A DNA stretch of 64,000 nt. Origin: Candidatus Gottesmanbacteria bacterium GW2011_GWA2_43_14 (lineage in GTDB: Bacteria; Patescibacteriota; Microgenomatia; 2-02-FULL-39-11). The DNA lies in NCBI GenBank assembly GCA_000999095.1, contig LCFP01000012.1, forward strand, positions 68,140-132,139, read 5' to 3'. How positions within the stretch are numbered: the stretch's first letter is position 1; every line of letters begins with the position of its first letter. The notes under the pieces were generated by a model. The model was not told where the DNA came from. It searched no databases and worked only from the letters and a program-made list of their open reading frames with translations. Shown in pieces: positions 9,308-18,768 of this stretch. Position numbers and translations under genes: made by a program.

Positions 9308-9739
9308 GCCTGCGGAAGCTAAGATGACTAGTCCGATTCCCGGTTTAACCGGGGCATCGGACAGGAAAGTCCGGACTGCAGAAAGCGGGGGACTCGCGGT
9401 AACGCGTGCCTAGGTACAATTATAGTATCTAGCGGGTGCCTAAAATCGAAAGATTAAGGGACGATGTCCGACGTACGTCGGACTGAGAGAGCCACAGAGA
9501 CGATCTTTTTCCTAAAGCCGTAAGGATATGGAAAAAGGGTGAAACGGGGCAATCCCACCTGCAGCAATCTCCGAATGGGCTGATAAAGACGGACGCTTTC
9601 CCGGAGCCCGAGGATTGAGAGCATTCCGACGTAAAGTCGGAGCGGTTGAGACGACAGAATCGTCATCCCGGTGAGAATCGGGAGAAACCGAGACAAATTG
9701 TCATCGAAATACAGAATCCGGCTTATTACTTCCGCAGGC
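9308..9739 (+). ncRNA. rnpB: RNase P RNA (bacterial type)
   Basis: The 5' sequence GCCTGCGGAAGC pairs with the 3' sequence CTTCCGCAGGC (P1 helix). The conserved P4 strands ACAGGAAAGTCCGGAC (near 9352) and ACAGAATCCGGCTTA (near 9710) are present. No protein-coding potential. A T-run follows at 9740-9748. Confidence 0.8.
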
Positions 9740-9806
9740 TTTTTTTTATTCCAATCCCCTCAAACACCTCGGACGGTGAATAGTCCTCCCAGGTGGACGG
9801 AAAATA

Positions 9807-9834
9807 TTGCCAGATTGCTCCAAGTGTGTATAAT
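9807..9834 (+). promoter_or_regulatory. sigma70-type promoter (TTGCCA - 16 nt - TGTGTATAAT) upstream of the collagen-like ORF
   Basis: -35 TTGCCA at 9807-9812 and -10 TATAAT at 9829-9834 with a TGn extension. Strong SD AAGGAGGTG lies 6 nt before the ATG at 9903. Confidence 0.5.
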
Positions 9835-9902
9835 AGGGATATATTTTCCGGCTGCCCCCAAAAAGGCAGCTTTTTTTATTCCCGAAAGGAGGTGAAAAAT
9901 AT

Positions 9903-10373
9903 ATGCACGATTTAGTAGCATCACTCATGGCTCTTATAGCTACATTCGTTCCGGGTCAAGGCGGCACGCCGCAGACACTGCCTCCGATCGACCAGTCGCA
10001 ATTTGTGGTCAGAGGCCAGCAGATCAGGGATATTGCCCAATCGTTCAATCCTTCATCATCCGGCCAGTCAGGCCCGACAGGCGCAACCGGTGCCGGCAAT
10101 TTATATACTTTGCCGCCCGGTTTCCAAAACAGGTTCGACAGGATTTCGCGGTATTCAGGACCGGTTGGTCCTTCAGGTTTTACGGGACCGACTGGGGCTA
10201 CCGGAGCGACCGCACATCCACCCAACGACCGTTTGCCGGCGGATAACCTTAACAGCCGGATTCACATGCCGGCCCTGATTCCGCAAAATGCCATCGAAAA
10301 TTCTCGGGCACTTGATTTTGCCCAGTGGAATTTCGCCACGCCTCCGGGTAACAGGGGAAGCAGTGGAAAGTAA
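9903..10373 (+). CDS. hypothetical protein with short collagen-like Gly-X-Y repeats
   Basis: GQSGPTGATGAG and GPVGPSGFTGPTGATGAT tracts. Excellent SD. Overlapping ORFs in other frames have no SD. Confidence 0.5.
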   Translation: MHDLVASLMALIATFVPGQGGTPQTLPPIDQSQFVVRGQQIRDIAQSFNPSSSGQSGPTGATGAGNLYTLPPGFQNRFDRISRYSGPVGPSGFTGPTGATGATAHPPNDRLPADNLNSRIHMPALIPQNAIENSRALDFAQWNFATPPGNRGSSGK

Positions 10374-10454
10374 GGCCGATATGTGAAATTTGAGCTTTAC
10401 AAAGCTCTAATTTGCATTTCAGGAAGAAATGTATTATTATACAGCCCAATCTAT

Positions 10455-11195
10455 ATGAGAAACACTTTTTGGCGTTTTGTTTTTCTCCTGACTGCCGTTC
10501 TGGCGGTTTTTCCGGTGTCGGTATTGGCCCAGCCGGATTTGCCGAAAGGGTTGGCGGACCGCGGACCATTGACCAGGATTAAGTTCATTCATTACCGCAA
10601 GGCTCTTGCCAAACCATCTTCCCCCGGAAACTCCAAAAAACAAAATTCTTGTTTTAGCTATCTGGGTTCAGGGGCCAAATGGAGGACAGAGGAAGATTAT
10701 TTGGTCAATTTTTCGGGATCCGGACTTGATGAAACAGCTGTTTTGGATGCCGTAACCAAAGGGGAAAGCGAATGGGAAAAATACGGAAGCCAAAATATTT
10801 TCGGCCAGGGCAGAGCGGATGCCTCAGCTATCTATAGTGATGATTTTGACGGACAGAATGTGCTGGCGTTCGGTAATTATCCCGATGCGGGCGTAATTGC
10901 CGTCACCTCAGTCTGGGGATACTTTTCAGGACCTCCCGGCAAGCGGGAACTGGTGGAATGGGATATGCTTTTAAATACCGGTTCATCTTGGCAGTTCGGG
11001 GATGCTCTTAGCGATAGTTCCAAAATGGATTTGCAGAATATCACCACCCATGAATTAGGTCACAGCGCCGGTATGGGTGATCTTTACAGTCTTTCCTGCG
11101 ACCAGGAAACAATGTACGGCTATTCGGCGGAAGGTGAGATAATCAAACGGGACCTCAATCAGGGCGATATAGCCGGCATTTCCAGCCTCTATTAA
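10455..11195 (+). CDS. secreted zinc metalloprotease of the metzincin type (matrixin/snapalysin-like, HExxHxxGxxD)
   Basis: Signal peptide MRNTFWRFVFLLTAVLAVFPVSVLA. Zinc motif THELGHSAGMGDLY. Matrixin-like C-terminal DIAGISSLY. The ORF track starts at 10383, but the Met before the signal peptide (10455) is more likely. Confidence 0.6.
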   Translation: MRNTFWRFVFLLTAVLAVFPVSVLAQPDLPKGLADRGPLTRIKFIHYRKALAKPSSPGNSKKQNSCFSYLGSGAKWRTEEDYLVNFSGSGLDETAVLDAVTKGESEWEKYGSQNIFGQGRADASAIYSDDFDGQNVLAFGNYPDAGVIAVTSVWGYFSGPPGKRELVEWDMLLNTGSSWQFGDALSDSSKMDLQNITTHELGHSAGMGDLYSLSCDQETMYGYSAEGEIIKRDLNQGDIAGISSLY

Positions 11196-11291
11196 ATAAG
11201 CTTCCGAAAAAGTTTTCCTAAAATACTTGACAAAGCTATTTGAAGTATTTTAGTATGGAATATAGGTGCAGGCAGGCGCAAAATTAATATT

Positions 11292-11966
11292 ATGAAAAAA
11301 TTTACCTTCCTTTCCGGAGTTTTGGCTACTCCTGTTATTTTTTCCCTTCTTTTTCTGGTAGCTACAGTCAGGGCTGAGCCCTACGGCTGGAGCCCGGATG
11401 TGGACAATTCAGGAGGAGGCCCTCCTTCATGTTCAGACACCAAACCCGACAAAGCACCGATTTTGATGCAGCCGAACCATCCTTTATTGCCGAGAGGCAA
11501 AGCCGGCGAAGTCAGGCTTTTCTGGCACAAAGTGCCGGGGGCGAATAGTTACAATGTCTATTACGGCCTGTCACCGAGTAACTATATCTTTTCAGCCATC
11601 AATATCGGAGACATTGACAATTTCACCGTCGGACAGCTCACCGCCAGGCGGTATTATTTCGCCGTCCAGGCCAGGAATGGCTGTGCCGCCAGTGATTTGT
11701 CAAATGAATGGGCAGGCACACCGGTCGGATTAGGCGGAGGCGTAGGCACGGCTTTAACCTCGGTCAGCAACACCTTCGAGCCTGAACCGACAGTTGTTGA
11801 AGAGGAACCGGAAGCGACTGTGGCGCCAGAAGTCCAGGGATTGACTGAGGAAGTGCCGCCGGTCGAAGAATATCAACCGCCGGCCAATCCGAATCCCTTT
11901 GTTCCGACACCGACACCCAAGCCGTTAAGTTTCTGGCAGAGGCTTTTGAGAATCTTTTTCAGATAA
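11292..11966 (+). CDS. secreted protein with a fibronectin type III-like domain and a Pro/Glu-rich C-terminus
   Basis: Signal peptide, then the Fn3-like stretch RLFWHKVPGANSYNVYYGLSPSNY. PEPT/PVEE low-complexity tail. Confidence 0.45.
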   Translation: MKKFTFLSGVLATPVIFSLLFLVATVRAEPYGWSPDVDNSGGGPPSCSDTKPDKAPILMQPNHPLLPRGKAGEVRLFWHKVPGANSYNVYYGLSPSNYIFSAINIGDIDNFTVGQLTARRYYFAVQARNGCAASDLSNEWAGTPVGLGGGVGTALTSVSNTFEPEPTVVEEEPEATVAPEVQGLTEEVPPVEEYQPPANPNPFVPTPTPKPLSFWQRLLRIFFR

Positions 11967-11990
11967 AAACAGTAGAGTTATAAAAAAAAC

Positions 11991-12026
11991 GCTACCCCGA
12001 TGGGAATCGGGAGTAGCTTTTTTTTT
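11991..12026 (+). terminator. intrinsic terminator (GC hairpin followed by a 9-T run)
   Basis: Hairpin GCTACCCCGATGGGAATCGGGAGTAGC followed by TTTTTTTTT. Confidence 0.7.
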
Positions 12027-12060
12027 AGCCTGATGATTATAATATAGGCTATTCTATTTT

Positions 12061-13356
12061 ATGGGCATTATCAGGAAGATCACGTCACATAAACTTATCA
12101 GGGGCAGTTTCCTGGTTTTTTTGGCGTCCAATTTCGTCAATTTCGGCAACTTCCTCTTCAATCTCCTGATGGCCAGGCTTTTACCCAAGGAAGTCTACGG
12201 TGAGATGGGCGCTCTGTTTTCTCTGTCGATGATGGTCGGCATACCTTTATCCGTCTTCAACATTTATATCATCAAAATCGTTTCCGCCCTTTACGGTAAA
12301 AAGGATTATCCGAAAATCCGTTACCTGCGCTCTTTTATTTTCCCCAGGATTGTGGCCGTCTCGCTTCTGCTTTTTGCCCTGATTGCGGTAAATAGCCTCT
12401 TTCTGGCGGGCTTTCTGAAGCTTTCCTCATCAGTACCATTGATCATTATCGGCTTCAACATTCTTTTGGGCGGCCTTTCGGCCATAAACGGAGCAGTCCT
12501 TACAGGCATGCTGGCCTTTTCATATTCGGCTCTAAACGGCGCGGTGGAAGTCATCCTCAAGCTGCTGCTGTCCGTTTTCCTGGTTTTTTCAGGTTTCGGC
12601 TTGTACGGGGCGCTTCTGGGAGTTTCGATAAGCGCTTTTGCCCGCCTGCTTATGTCATCCTGGGAATTGAAGAAACTTGTTCCTGCAACTAGTGTCAAAC
12701 AATTTCAATTCAGCCGTTTGAAGGATATCGTGCCGGTTGTTTTGACCATGCTGATCTTGGTTTCGTTTCTGAATATCGATATTTTACTGGTCAGGCATTT
12801 TTTCAGCCCCGCCCGCGCCGGTGAATACGTTGCCCTCACCACAATCTCAAAGACCATTCTCTATGCCACCGGGCCTCTTATTACCGTCATGTTTCCGGTT
12901 ATCTCAAACAGGAAAAGCAGCGGCCTGCCGTATCTTCTGCCTCTTCTGGGCTGTCTTTTCGGATCAGCCCTGATTTCGCTTTTAGTCATTATGCTCTTTT
13001 CCATTTTCCCGGATTTTGTGGTCGGCATTCTTTTCGGAGGCAGATATGCCACGATCATTCCCTATATGGTTTATGCTGCCTTCTTTATGGCTGTTTTTAC
13101 TTTGAACGATATCCTGACTTATTTTCTGCTCTCGGCCTCATTTCATAGGTATATCTATATTCTGGCTTTGTTTCCGATCACCCAGGCTGTATTGATATTC
13201 CTGTTCCACGGCAATATCCGGACCGTCATCATGGTCAATATTTCCGTCAGCCTGCTGTATTTGTTGTCAGCTTTGATTATGATCTGGCGTAGTGAAGCGA
13301 AAAATCTTAAAATACTCTTTGCCAGGTACCTGCCGGCCCCCTTTTTCAATGAATGA
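12061..13356 (+). CDS. polysaccharide biosynthesis flippase (Wzx-like, MOP superfamily)
   Basis: 431 aa, about 12-14 TM helices. First gene of a long co-directional glycan locus. Confidence 0.55.
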   Translation: MGIIRKITSHKLIRGSFLVFLASNFVNFGNFLFNLLMARLLPKEVYGEMGALFSLSMMVGIPLSVFNIYIIKIVSALYGKKDYPKIRYLRSFIFPRIVAVSLLLFALIAVNSLFLAGFLKLSSSVPLIIIGFNILLGGLSAINGAVLTGMLAFSYSALNGAVEVILKLLLSVFLVFSGFGLYGALLGVSISAFARLLMSSWELKKLVPATSVKQFQFSRLKDIVPVVLTMLILVSFLNIDILLVRHFFSPARAGEYVALTTISKTILYATGPLITVMFPVISNRKSSGLPYLLPLLGCLFGSALISLLVIMLFSIFPDFVVGILFGGRYATIIPYMVYAAFFMAVFTLNDILTYFLLSASFHRYIYILALFPITQAVLIFLFHGNIRTVIMVNISVSLLYLLSALIMIWRSEAKNLKILFARYLPAPFFNE

Positions 13357-14107
13357 CAACAATAAACATAAACTATCGGTCATTATTCCGGCATACCGCC
13401 AGGCCAGGACAATCGTTACGGATATCAGGAATATCGAGTCGACGCTGAAAAAAATCCGCTATCCGTTCGAAATTATCGCCGTTGTTGACGGTTACGGGGA
13501 CGGCACCTACAGGCAACTGAAAAAAATTCTTTCACCGACTGTCAAAGCCACCGTTTACATGAAAAACCAGGGCAAAGGCCACGCCGTCAGGATCGGCATG
13601 GAGAAGGCGACAGGGGACTATGTGGCATTCATGGACGCCGGCAGGGAGATAGACCCCAACGGTATCTCCATGCTTCTGGAGCACATGGAATGGTACAATG
13701 CTGACATAATTGTCGGGTCCAAGAGGCATCCGGTCTCTTATGTCAACTATCCTCTGACTAGAAGAATTTTAAGCAGAGGTTACCAGTATATTATCTGGGC
13801 GTTGTTCCGGCTAAATGTGCGTGACACCCAGGCGGGCTTGAAAATCTTCAAAAGAAAAGTCCTAAAAAAAGTCCTGCCCAAACTTCTGGTTAAACAGTAT
13901 GCTTTCGATCTGGAAATGTTGGTAGTTGCCCGCCATCTGGGTTATAAACGAATCTTCGAAGCTCCCATCAAGCTAAAATATAATTTCTATTCAATGACCC
14001 GTGCTTCAAATATGCGAGCAATATATGGAATTTGGATTGATACTATGGCTATTTTTTACCGATTGTACATACTAAAATATTACGATCGGAAATCTATCAC
14101 TAAATGA
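13352..14107 (+). CDS. GT2 glycosyltransferase resembling polyprenyl-phosphate sugar synthases (DPM1/GtrB/ArnC type)
   Basis: LSVIIPAYRQARTI ... EIIAVVDGYGDGT ... YVAFMDAGREIDPNGISMLL ... DIIVGSKRH. Likely start MNDNNKHKLSVIIPAY at 13352, overlapping the flippase stop. Confidence 0.7.
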   Translation, partial: NDNNKHKLSVIIPAYRQARTIVTDIRNIESTLKKIRYPFEIIAVVDGYGDGTYRQLKKILSPTVKATVYMKNQGKGHAVRIGMEKATGDYVAFMDAGREIDPNGISMLLEHMEWYNADIIVGSKRHPVSYVNYPLTRRILSRGYQYIIWALFRLNVRDTQAGLKIFKRKVLKKVLPKLLVKQYAFDLEMLVVARHLGYKRIFEAPIKLKYNFYSMTRASNMRAIYGIWIDTMAIFYRLYILKYYDRKSITK

Positions 14108-15084
14108 CTTTAGAGCGCTTCAAATTTTCTGTAATTATCCCCTTTAAAAGTATAAATCCTTACGTACAGCAATGTCTCAATCACCTCAAGAAACAAAGCT
14201 ACCAGAATTTCGAAATTATCCTATTGCCTGATAAAAAGGAAAAAATTATTTATAAAAATGTTATATCTTTAGCTACAGGTTCTATTGGTCCTGCAGAAAA
14301 AAGAGATCTCGGTGCAAAAAAGGCAAGAGGAGAAATTCTGGCTTTTATTGACGATGATGCATATCCTCATCGGGATTGGCTGAAAAATTCTCTTAGTACA
14401 TTAAAAAATAAGAATGTGGCAGCGGTATGTGGGCCCGGGGTGACTCCTCGTGAAGATGATATCTTTAGACAGGCAGGAGGTTGGGTTAATTCACTCTGGT
14501 TTGGTTCAGGTGGAGCGGGTACATATCGTTTTATTCCTCAAAAAGAAAGGTCGGTTGATGATTATCCTTCGATGAATTTTATTGTCAGAAAGGTCGATTT
14601 TGATAAAGTAGGAGGTTTTAATACTCATTATTGGCCGGGAGAAGATACAAAATTATGTCTGGATTTAGTTTATAACTTAAAGAAGAAAATAATTTATCAG
14701 CCAAAAGTATTGGTTTATCACCACCGGAAACCCCTTTTTTTGCCTCATTTGAAACAGGTTTCCCGTTTCGCCATCCACCGTGGATATTTTGCCAGGGTTT
14801 TTCCTCAAACCTCATTAAGGTTCGGATACCTTATTCCTACGCTTTTTGTGTTGTTTTTGATTGTTGGGTTTTTTCTATCATTATTCTTTAAATCCCTTTC
14901 GCCATTGTACCTGATAAGTATAGGTGCCTATCTATCTGTCTTGACCATTAATATGGTCTATGTTATGGTAAAATCACGCAATATTTTAACAGGAGTTTTA
15001 ACGGGTACAGGTATTTTCTTGACCCATATATTCTATGGTATTCTTTTTCCATTAGGATTTCTGAAAAAAAATCTTAAACAATGA
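14104..15084 (+). CDS. GT2 glycosyltransferase with C-terminal transmembrane segments
   Basis: FSVIIPFKSINPYVQQCLNHLKKQSYQNFEIILLPD ... LAFIDDDAYPHRDWL. Two C-terminal TM helices. Confidence 0.7.
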   Translation: MTLERFKFSVIIPFKSINPYVQQCLNHLKKQSYQNFEIILLPDKKEKIIYKNVISLATGSIGPAEKRDLGAKKARGEILAFIDDDAYPHRDWLKNSLSTLKNKNVAAVCGPGVTPREDDIFRQAGGWVNSLWFGSGGAGTYRFIPQKERSVDDYPSMNFIVRKVDFDKVGGFNTHYWPGEDTKLCLDLVYNLKKKIIYQPKVLVYHHRKPLFLPHLKQVSRFAIHRGYFARVFPQTSLRFGYLIPTLFVLFLIVGFFLSLFFKSLSPLYLISIGAYLSVLTINMVYVMVKSRNILTGVLTGTGIFLTHIFYGILFPLGFLKKNLKQ

Positions 15085-16607
15085 AAATAGCCATATCGTA
15101 TCCTTCAATTGATACCAGTAAAGGAGTTCCACTGCTTTCCCAAAACCGCCAGTTCCAGTATTTCAATAATCCTACCTATATTTATCCGGTCGTTCCTGCC
15201 TACGCCGCTACAATGTTAAAAGAGGCAGGATACAAAGTAGCTTGGCTGGATGCTATTGCCGAAAGATGGCAGTTGTCAAAATATCTCGAGGAGTTGGAAA
15301 GAAGCCAGGCTGATATTCTGGCAATCGAAAGTAAAACACCGACTATCAAGCCATTCTGGAAAATCATCGATGATCTTAAAAAATTTTTCCCCAAGTTAAA
15401 AATAGTGCTTATGGGGGATCATGTCACGGCCATGCCTCTGGAATCGATGGAGAATTCAAAAGTTGATTTTGTCCTAACGGGAGGAGATTTCGATTTTGCT
15501 TTATTAAATCTGGTTAATTTTCTAAGTAAAAAAGTTAAATATTTGGAACCGGGTGTATATTACCGGGATAAAAAAGGGAAAATTTTAGACAGCGGACATT
15601 TCAAGCTCGATCACACACTGAAGAATCTGCCGCTGATTGACAGGGAACTAACACGGTGGTGGCTTTATGCCTATGCAAATGGCAATTTTAAATATACACC
15701 GGGGACCTATACCATGATCGGCCGGGACTGCTGGTGGCGACGACCATCAAGTGAAGGCGGTCACGGCTGCACTTTTTGCTCCTGGACTTCCACATTTCCC
15801 ACCTGGAGGGTTGGTACTCCGAAAATGTTGTTAAAAGAGGTAAAAAATTGTTTGAAGCTTGGTATTAGAGAGATATTTGATGATACCGGCACTTTTCCTA
15901 TTGGTCCCTGGTTGAAGGAATTTTGTGAGGGTATGATTGATAAGGGTTACCACAAAAAAATTAAAATCGGCTGCAATATGAGAGCTAATGGTATTAAAGA
16001 TCAGAGTACCTATGATTTGATGGGTAAAGCCGGCTTCCGCTTTATTCTCTATGGTCTTGAATCAGCTTCTCAAAACACTCTTGACCGTCTTAACAAAGGC
16101 ACTATACCGGCTGATATGGTGACGGGTGCAAAAATGGCCAGCAAAGCAAGATTAGAGCCACATGTGACCTGTATGGTCGGCTACCCCTGGGAATCAAAAG
16201 AAGAAGCGGAAACAACGGTAGCCAGAACAAAGGAATTATTTAATAAAGGCTGGATAAATACCCTGCAGGCGACAATTGTCATTCCGTACCCCGGTACGGC
16301 GCTTTTCAGGGAGTGCGAAAAAAATAAATGGCTAAAGACTAGGGATTGGAACAGATACGACATGAGAGAGCCGATCATGAAATCTCCTATTCCGGATGCA
16401 GAAATCATGGAACTTACCCAGAAAATTTACACTTCATTTTTGACACCGCGTTACATTTTAAGAAAGCTTTCATCCATCAGGTCTATGGATGACGTTAATT
16501 ATTATATTTTCCGCGGAGGCAAATACATTTGGGGTCACCTGAAAGACTTTGCAAAATCCCAATTATTGAAAAAGTCACATCCCACTTTAACTCCTAGCCT
16601 CAATTAA
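15081..16607 (+). CDS. B12-binding-domain radical SAM protein (class B-like)
   Basis: Rossmann-like B12-binding N-terminal domain (ADILAIESKTPTIK ... KIVLMGDHVTAMPLE). Cysteine cluster DCWWRRPSSEGGHGCTFCSW, i.e. an unusual Cx12CxxC spacing. Radical SAM core follows (GLESASQNTLDRLNKG). Confidence 0.6.
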   Translation: MKIAISYPSIDTSKGVPLLSQNRQFQYFNNPTYIYPVVPAYAATMLKEAGYKVAWLDAIAERWQLSKYLEELERSQADILAIESKTPTIKPFWKIIDDLKKFFPKLKIVLMGDHVTAMPLESMENSKVDFVLTGGDFDFALLNLVNFLSKKVKYLEPGVYYRDKKGKILDSGHFKLDHTLKNLPLIDRELTRWWLYAYANGNFKYTPGTYTMIGRDCWWRRPSSEGGHGCTFCSWTSTFPTWRVGTPKMLLKEVKNCLKLGIREIFDDTGTFPIGPWLKEFCEGMIDKGYHKKIKIGCNMRANGIKDQSTYDLMGKAGFRFILYGLESASQNTLDRLNKGTIPADMVTGAKMASKARLEPHVTCMVGYPWESKEEAETTVARTKELFNKGWINTLQATIVIPYPGTALFRECEKNKWLKTRDWNRYDMREPIMKSPIPDAEIMELTQKIYTSFLTPRYILRKLSSIRSMDDVNYYIFRGGKYIWGHLKDFAKSQLLKKSHPTLTPSLN

Positions 16608-16664
16608 TTAGAATACGTTAGTTGTTTCTGCTACCATGGTGAAAACAATAACTGATGTATTACT

Positions 16665-17543
16665 ATGTTTATAAATCATATCAATCCATTCATTTCCATA
16701 ATTATACCGACATATAATTCAGAAAAAGTACTCCCATTGACTTTACAGAGTATTAAATATCAGGATTATCAGCGGAATAGAATGGAAATTATCATAGTTG
16801 ATAATAAAAGTACTGATTACACAATACGGATAGCTAAAAAGTTTAATAGTAAAGTACTTTTTGTTGACGGAAAACCACCGCAAGTATGTCTCCAGAGAAA
16901 TTTAGGGGCAAGAAAGGCAAAAGGGGAATATCTATTTTTCTTGGATCATGACATGGAGCTGTCAAAGAATTTGCTTAAAAATTTTTTAATAAAAGTAAAA
17001 AAGTCAAATAATCAAATTGATGCCTGGTATATACCAGAAAAAATACATGGAAATAATTCAGTTATCAGCAAGATAAGAACATTCGAAAGAAGCTTTTATA
17101 ATGGGACGGTAATTGACGCTACCAGGATTATTAAAAAGAAAAAATTTTGGGATACTAATGACAAATATGATGTTTCTTTGTCCGGAGGGCCGGCAGATTG
17201 GGATTTGGATATTCAGTTAAACCTACTGAACTGTAAATTTGGAATTTTAAATGATTTTATTACCCATCACGAGGAAAGCCTTCATTTTTGGCAGTATATT
17301 TTTAAGAAAACAAAATATTTAAAAGGAATAAACATTTATAAAAAAAAATGGGAGAAAAAAAATAATTTGGTCCAGAATAAGGTTTTGCAAAAACAGTTTG
17401 GTTTTAATTATAGGTATATTGAAGTATTCCTTGAAAACAAAAAATGGAAAAAATTAATTTCACAACCGCATCTTACGATTGGAATGTATTTTTTAAGACT
17501 TCTTATCGGATTGAATTATTTGTTAAATGTTGTGAAGAAATAA
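16665..17543 (+). CDS. GT2 glycosyltransferase
   Basis: ISIIIPTYNSEKVLPLTLQSIKYQDY ... EIIIVDNKSTD ... YLFFLDHDMEL. Very AT-rich coding sequence. Confidence 0.7.
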   Translation: MFINHINPFISIIIPTYNSEKVLPLTLQSIKYQDYQRNRMEIIIVDNKSTDYTIRIAKKFNSKVLFVDGKPPQVCLQRNLGARKAKGEYLFFLDHDMELSKNLLKNFLIKVKKSNNQIDAWYIPEKIHGNNSVISKIRTFERSFYNGTVIDATRIIKKKKFWDTNDKYDVSLSGGPADWDLDIQLNLLNCKFGILNDFITHHEESLHFWQYIFKKTKYLKGINIYKKKWEKKNNLVQNKVLQKQFGFNYRYIEVFLENKKWKKLISQPHLTIGMYFLRLLIGLNYLLNVVKK

Positions 17544-17547
17544 TTCT

Positions 17548-18741
17548 ATGAAAGTTCTTTTAATAACTCCGACTTTTTTTCCCGATGTCGGCGGGGTAGA
17601 AACTATGCTTCTGAGATTTTGCGATTATTTAGTGAAAAAAAGAATTTATACTGAGGTGATTACGTTTAATCCATTATTTACGGTTAAGTCAACTCCGATA
17701 AGGGAAATATCCAATAAATATCTTACTATTATCAGAATTCCCTGGCTTGGATATGGATTGTTTAATGTTTTTGAGAAATATCCTATTATCCAGTTTTTTT
17801 ACCTGGTTCCGGCATTGACATTAACAACCTTGTTTTACTTGATGTTCAATAAATCTCGTCCGCGTATCATTCATGCCTTTGGATTATCCGCTGCTTTTGC
17901 AGGAGGAATCGTTTCTAGAATTTTAAAAATTGCCAATATAACAGATTTATGTACGGTTTATAGACTACCTCAGCGTCCTATACTTGCTTTATTTGTGAAA
18001 AGGATACTTGGTTGGAGTAATTATATTAGGGCTAATAATCCAAAAGGAAAAGAAGAATTAATAAAAATTGGCCTGAATGCTCAAAAAATCGGAATTATTA
18101 GTCCTCCAGTTGACGAATCGCTTTTTAGGCCAATGTCCAAAATTAAGGTAAGAAAAAAGCTTGGGTTAACACAAAATAAATTTATAGCTTTGTTTGTAGG
18201 ACGAATGGTAGAAAGTAAGAATGTTGATTTAGCAGTAAAAATTACTTCATTAATACACGACCGGAATATAATATTTATATTTATTGGAGAGGGACCTTTA
18301 CAGTATATGGTGGAGAAAATAGCAAAAAAAGATAAAAGGGTTAAGTATATGAGTAATGTTAGATATGAGGATTTAGTATATTATTATAATACTGCCGACA
18401 TACTTTTGTGTGCAGCAGTAGATGAAAAACTATTATCATTTGTTGGGCGGGAAGCTCTAATGTGTGGTTTACCAATTCTTGCTCCCAATGTTGGGAATTA
18501 TTTTGGAATTTCATACAAAATTAATAAGAATTTAGTTCCTTCACGGGTTGGTAAACTTATTCATCCACAACCAAAAGAATTTGCCCGTTATCTTGAAAAA
18601 TTAATTATTTATAAAAAAAGAAATAATAAAATTCCTTTTTCAAAAGATGATTGTAGGAAACATGCACTTGAAAATTATTCATCAAGTGCACTTAATTGGA
18701 TTGGTGATATTTATAAAACAATTGAGTCTAATAAATTTTAA
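17548..18741 (+). CDS. GT4 (group 1) glycosyltransferase
   Basis: C-terminal GT-B motifs (FVGRMVESKNVD ... EALMCGLPILAPNVGN). Confidence 0.65.
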   Translation: MKVLLITPTFFPDVGGVETMLLRFCDYLVKKRIYTEVITFNPLFTVKSTPIREISNKYLTIIRIPWLGYGLFNVFEKYPIIQFFYLVPALTLTTLFYLMFNKSRPRIIHAFGLSAAFAGGIVSRILKIANITDLCTVYRLPQRPILALFVKRILGWSNYIRANNPKGKEELIKIGLNAQKIGIISPPVDESLFRPMSKIKVRKKLGLTQNKFIALFVGRMVESKNVDLAVKITSLIHDRNIIFIFIGEGPLQYMVEKIAKKDKRVKYMSNVRYEDLVYYYNTADILLCAAVDEKLLSFVGREALMCGLPILAPNVGNYFGISYKINKNLVPSRVGKLIHPQPKEFARYLEKLIIYKKRNNKIPFSKDDCRKHALENYSSSALNWIGDIYKTIESNKF

Positions 18742-18768
18742 ATTTATTAATCGAGATAGACACTGATA

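Noticed and set aside
9956-10278. Alternative ORFs (89 aa on - strand, 91 aa on + strand) overlapping the collagen-like gene
   Set aside because: - They have no SD.
- The 9903 ORF has a near-perfect SD and an upstream promoter.
- The Gly-X-Y periodicity is only in the 9903 frame.
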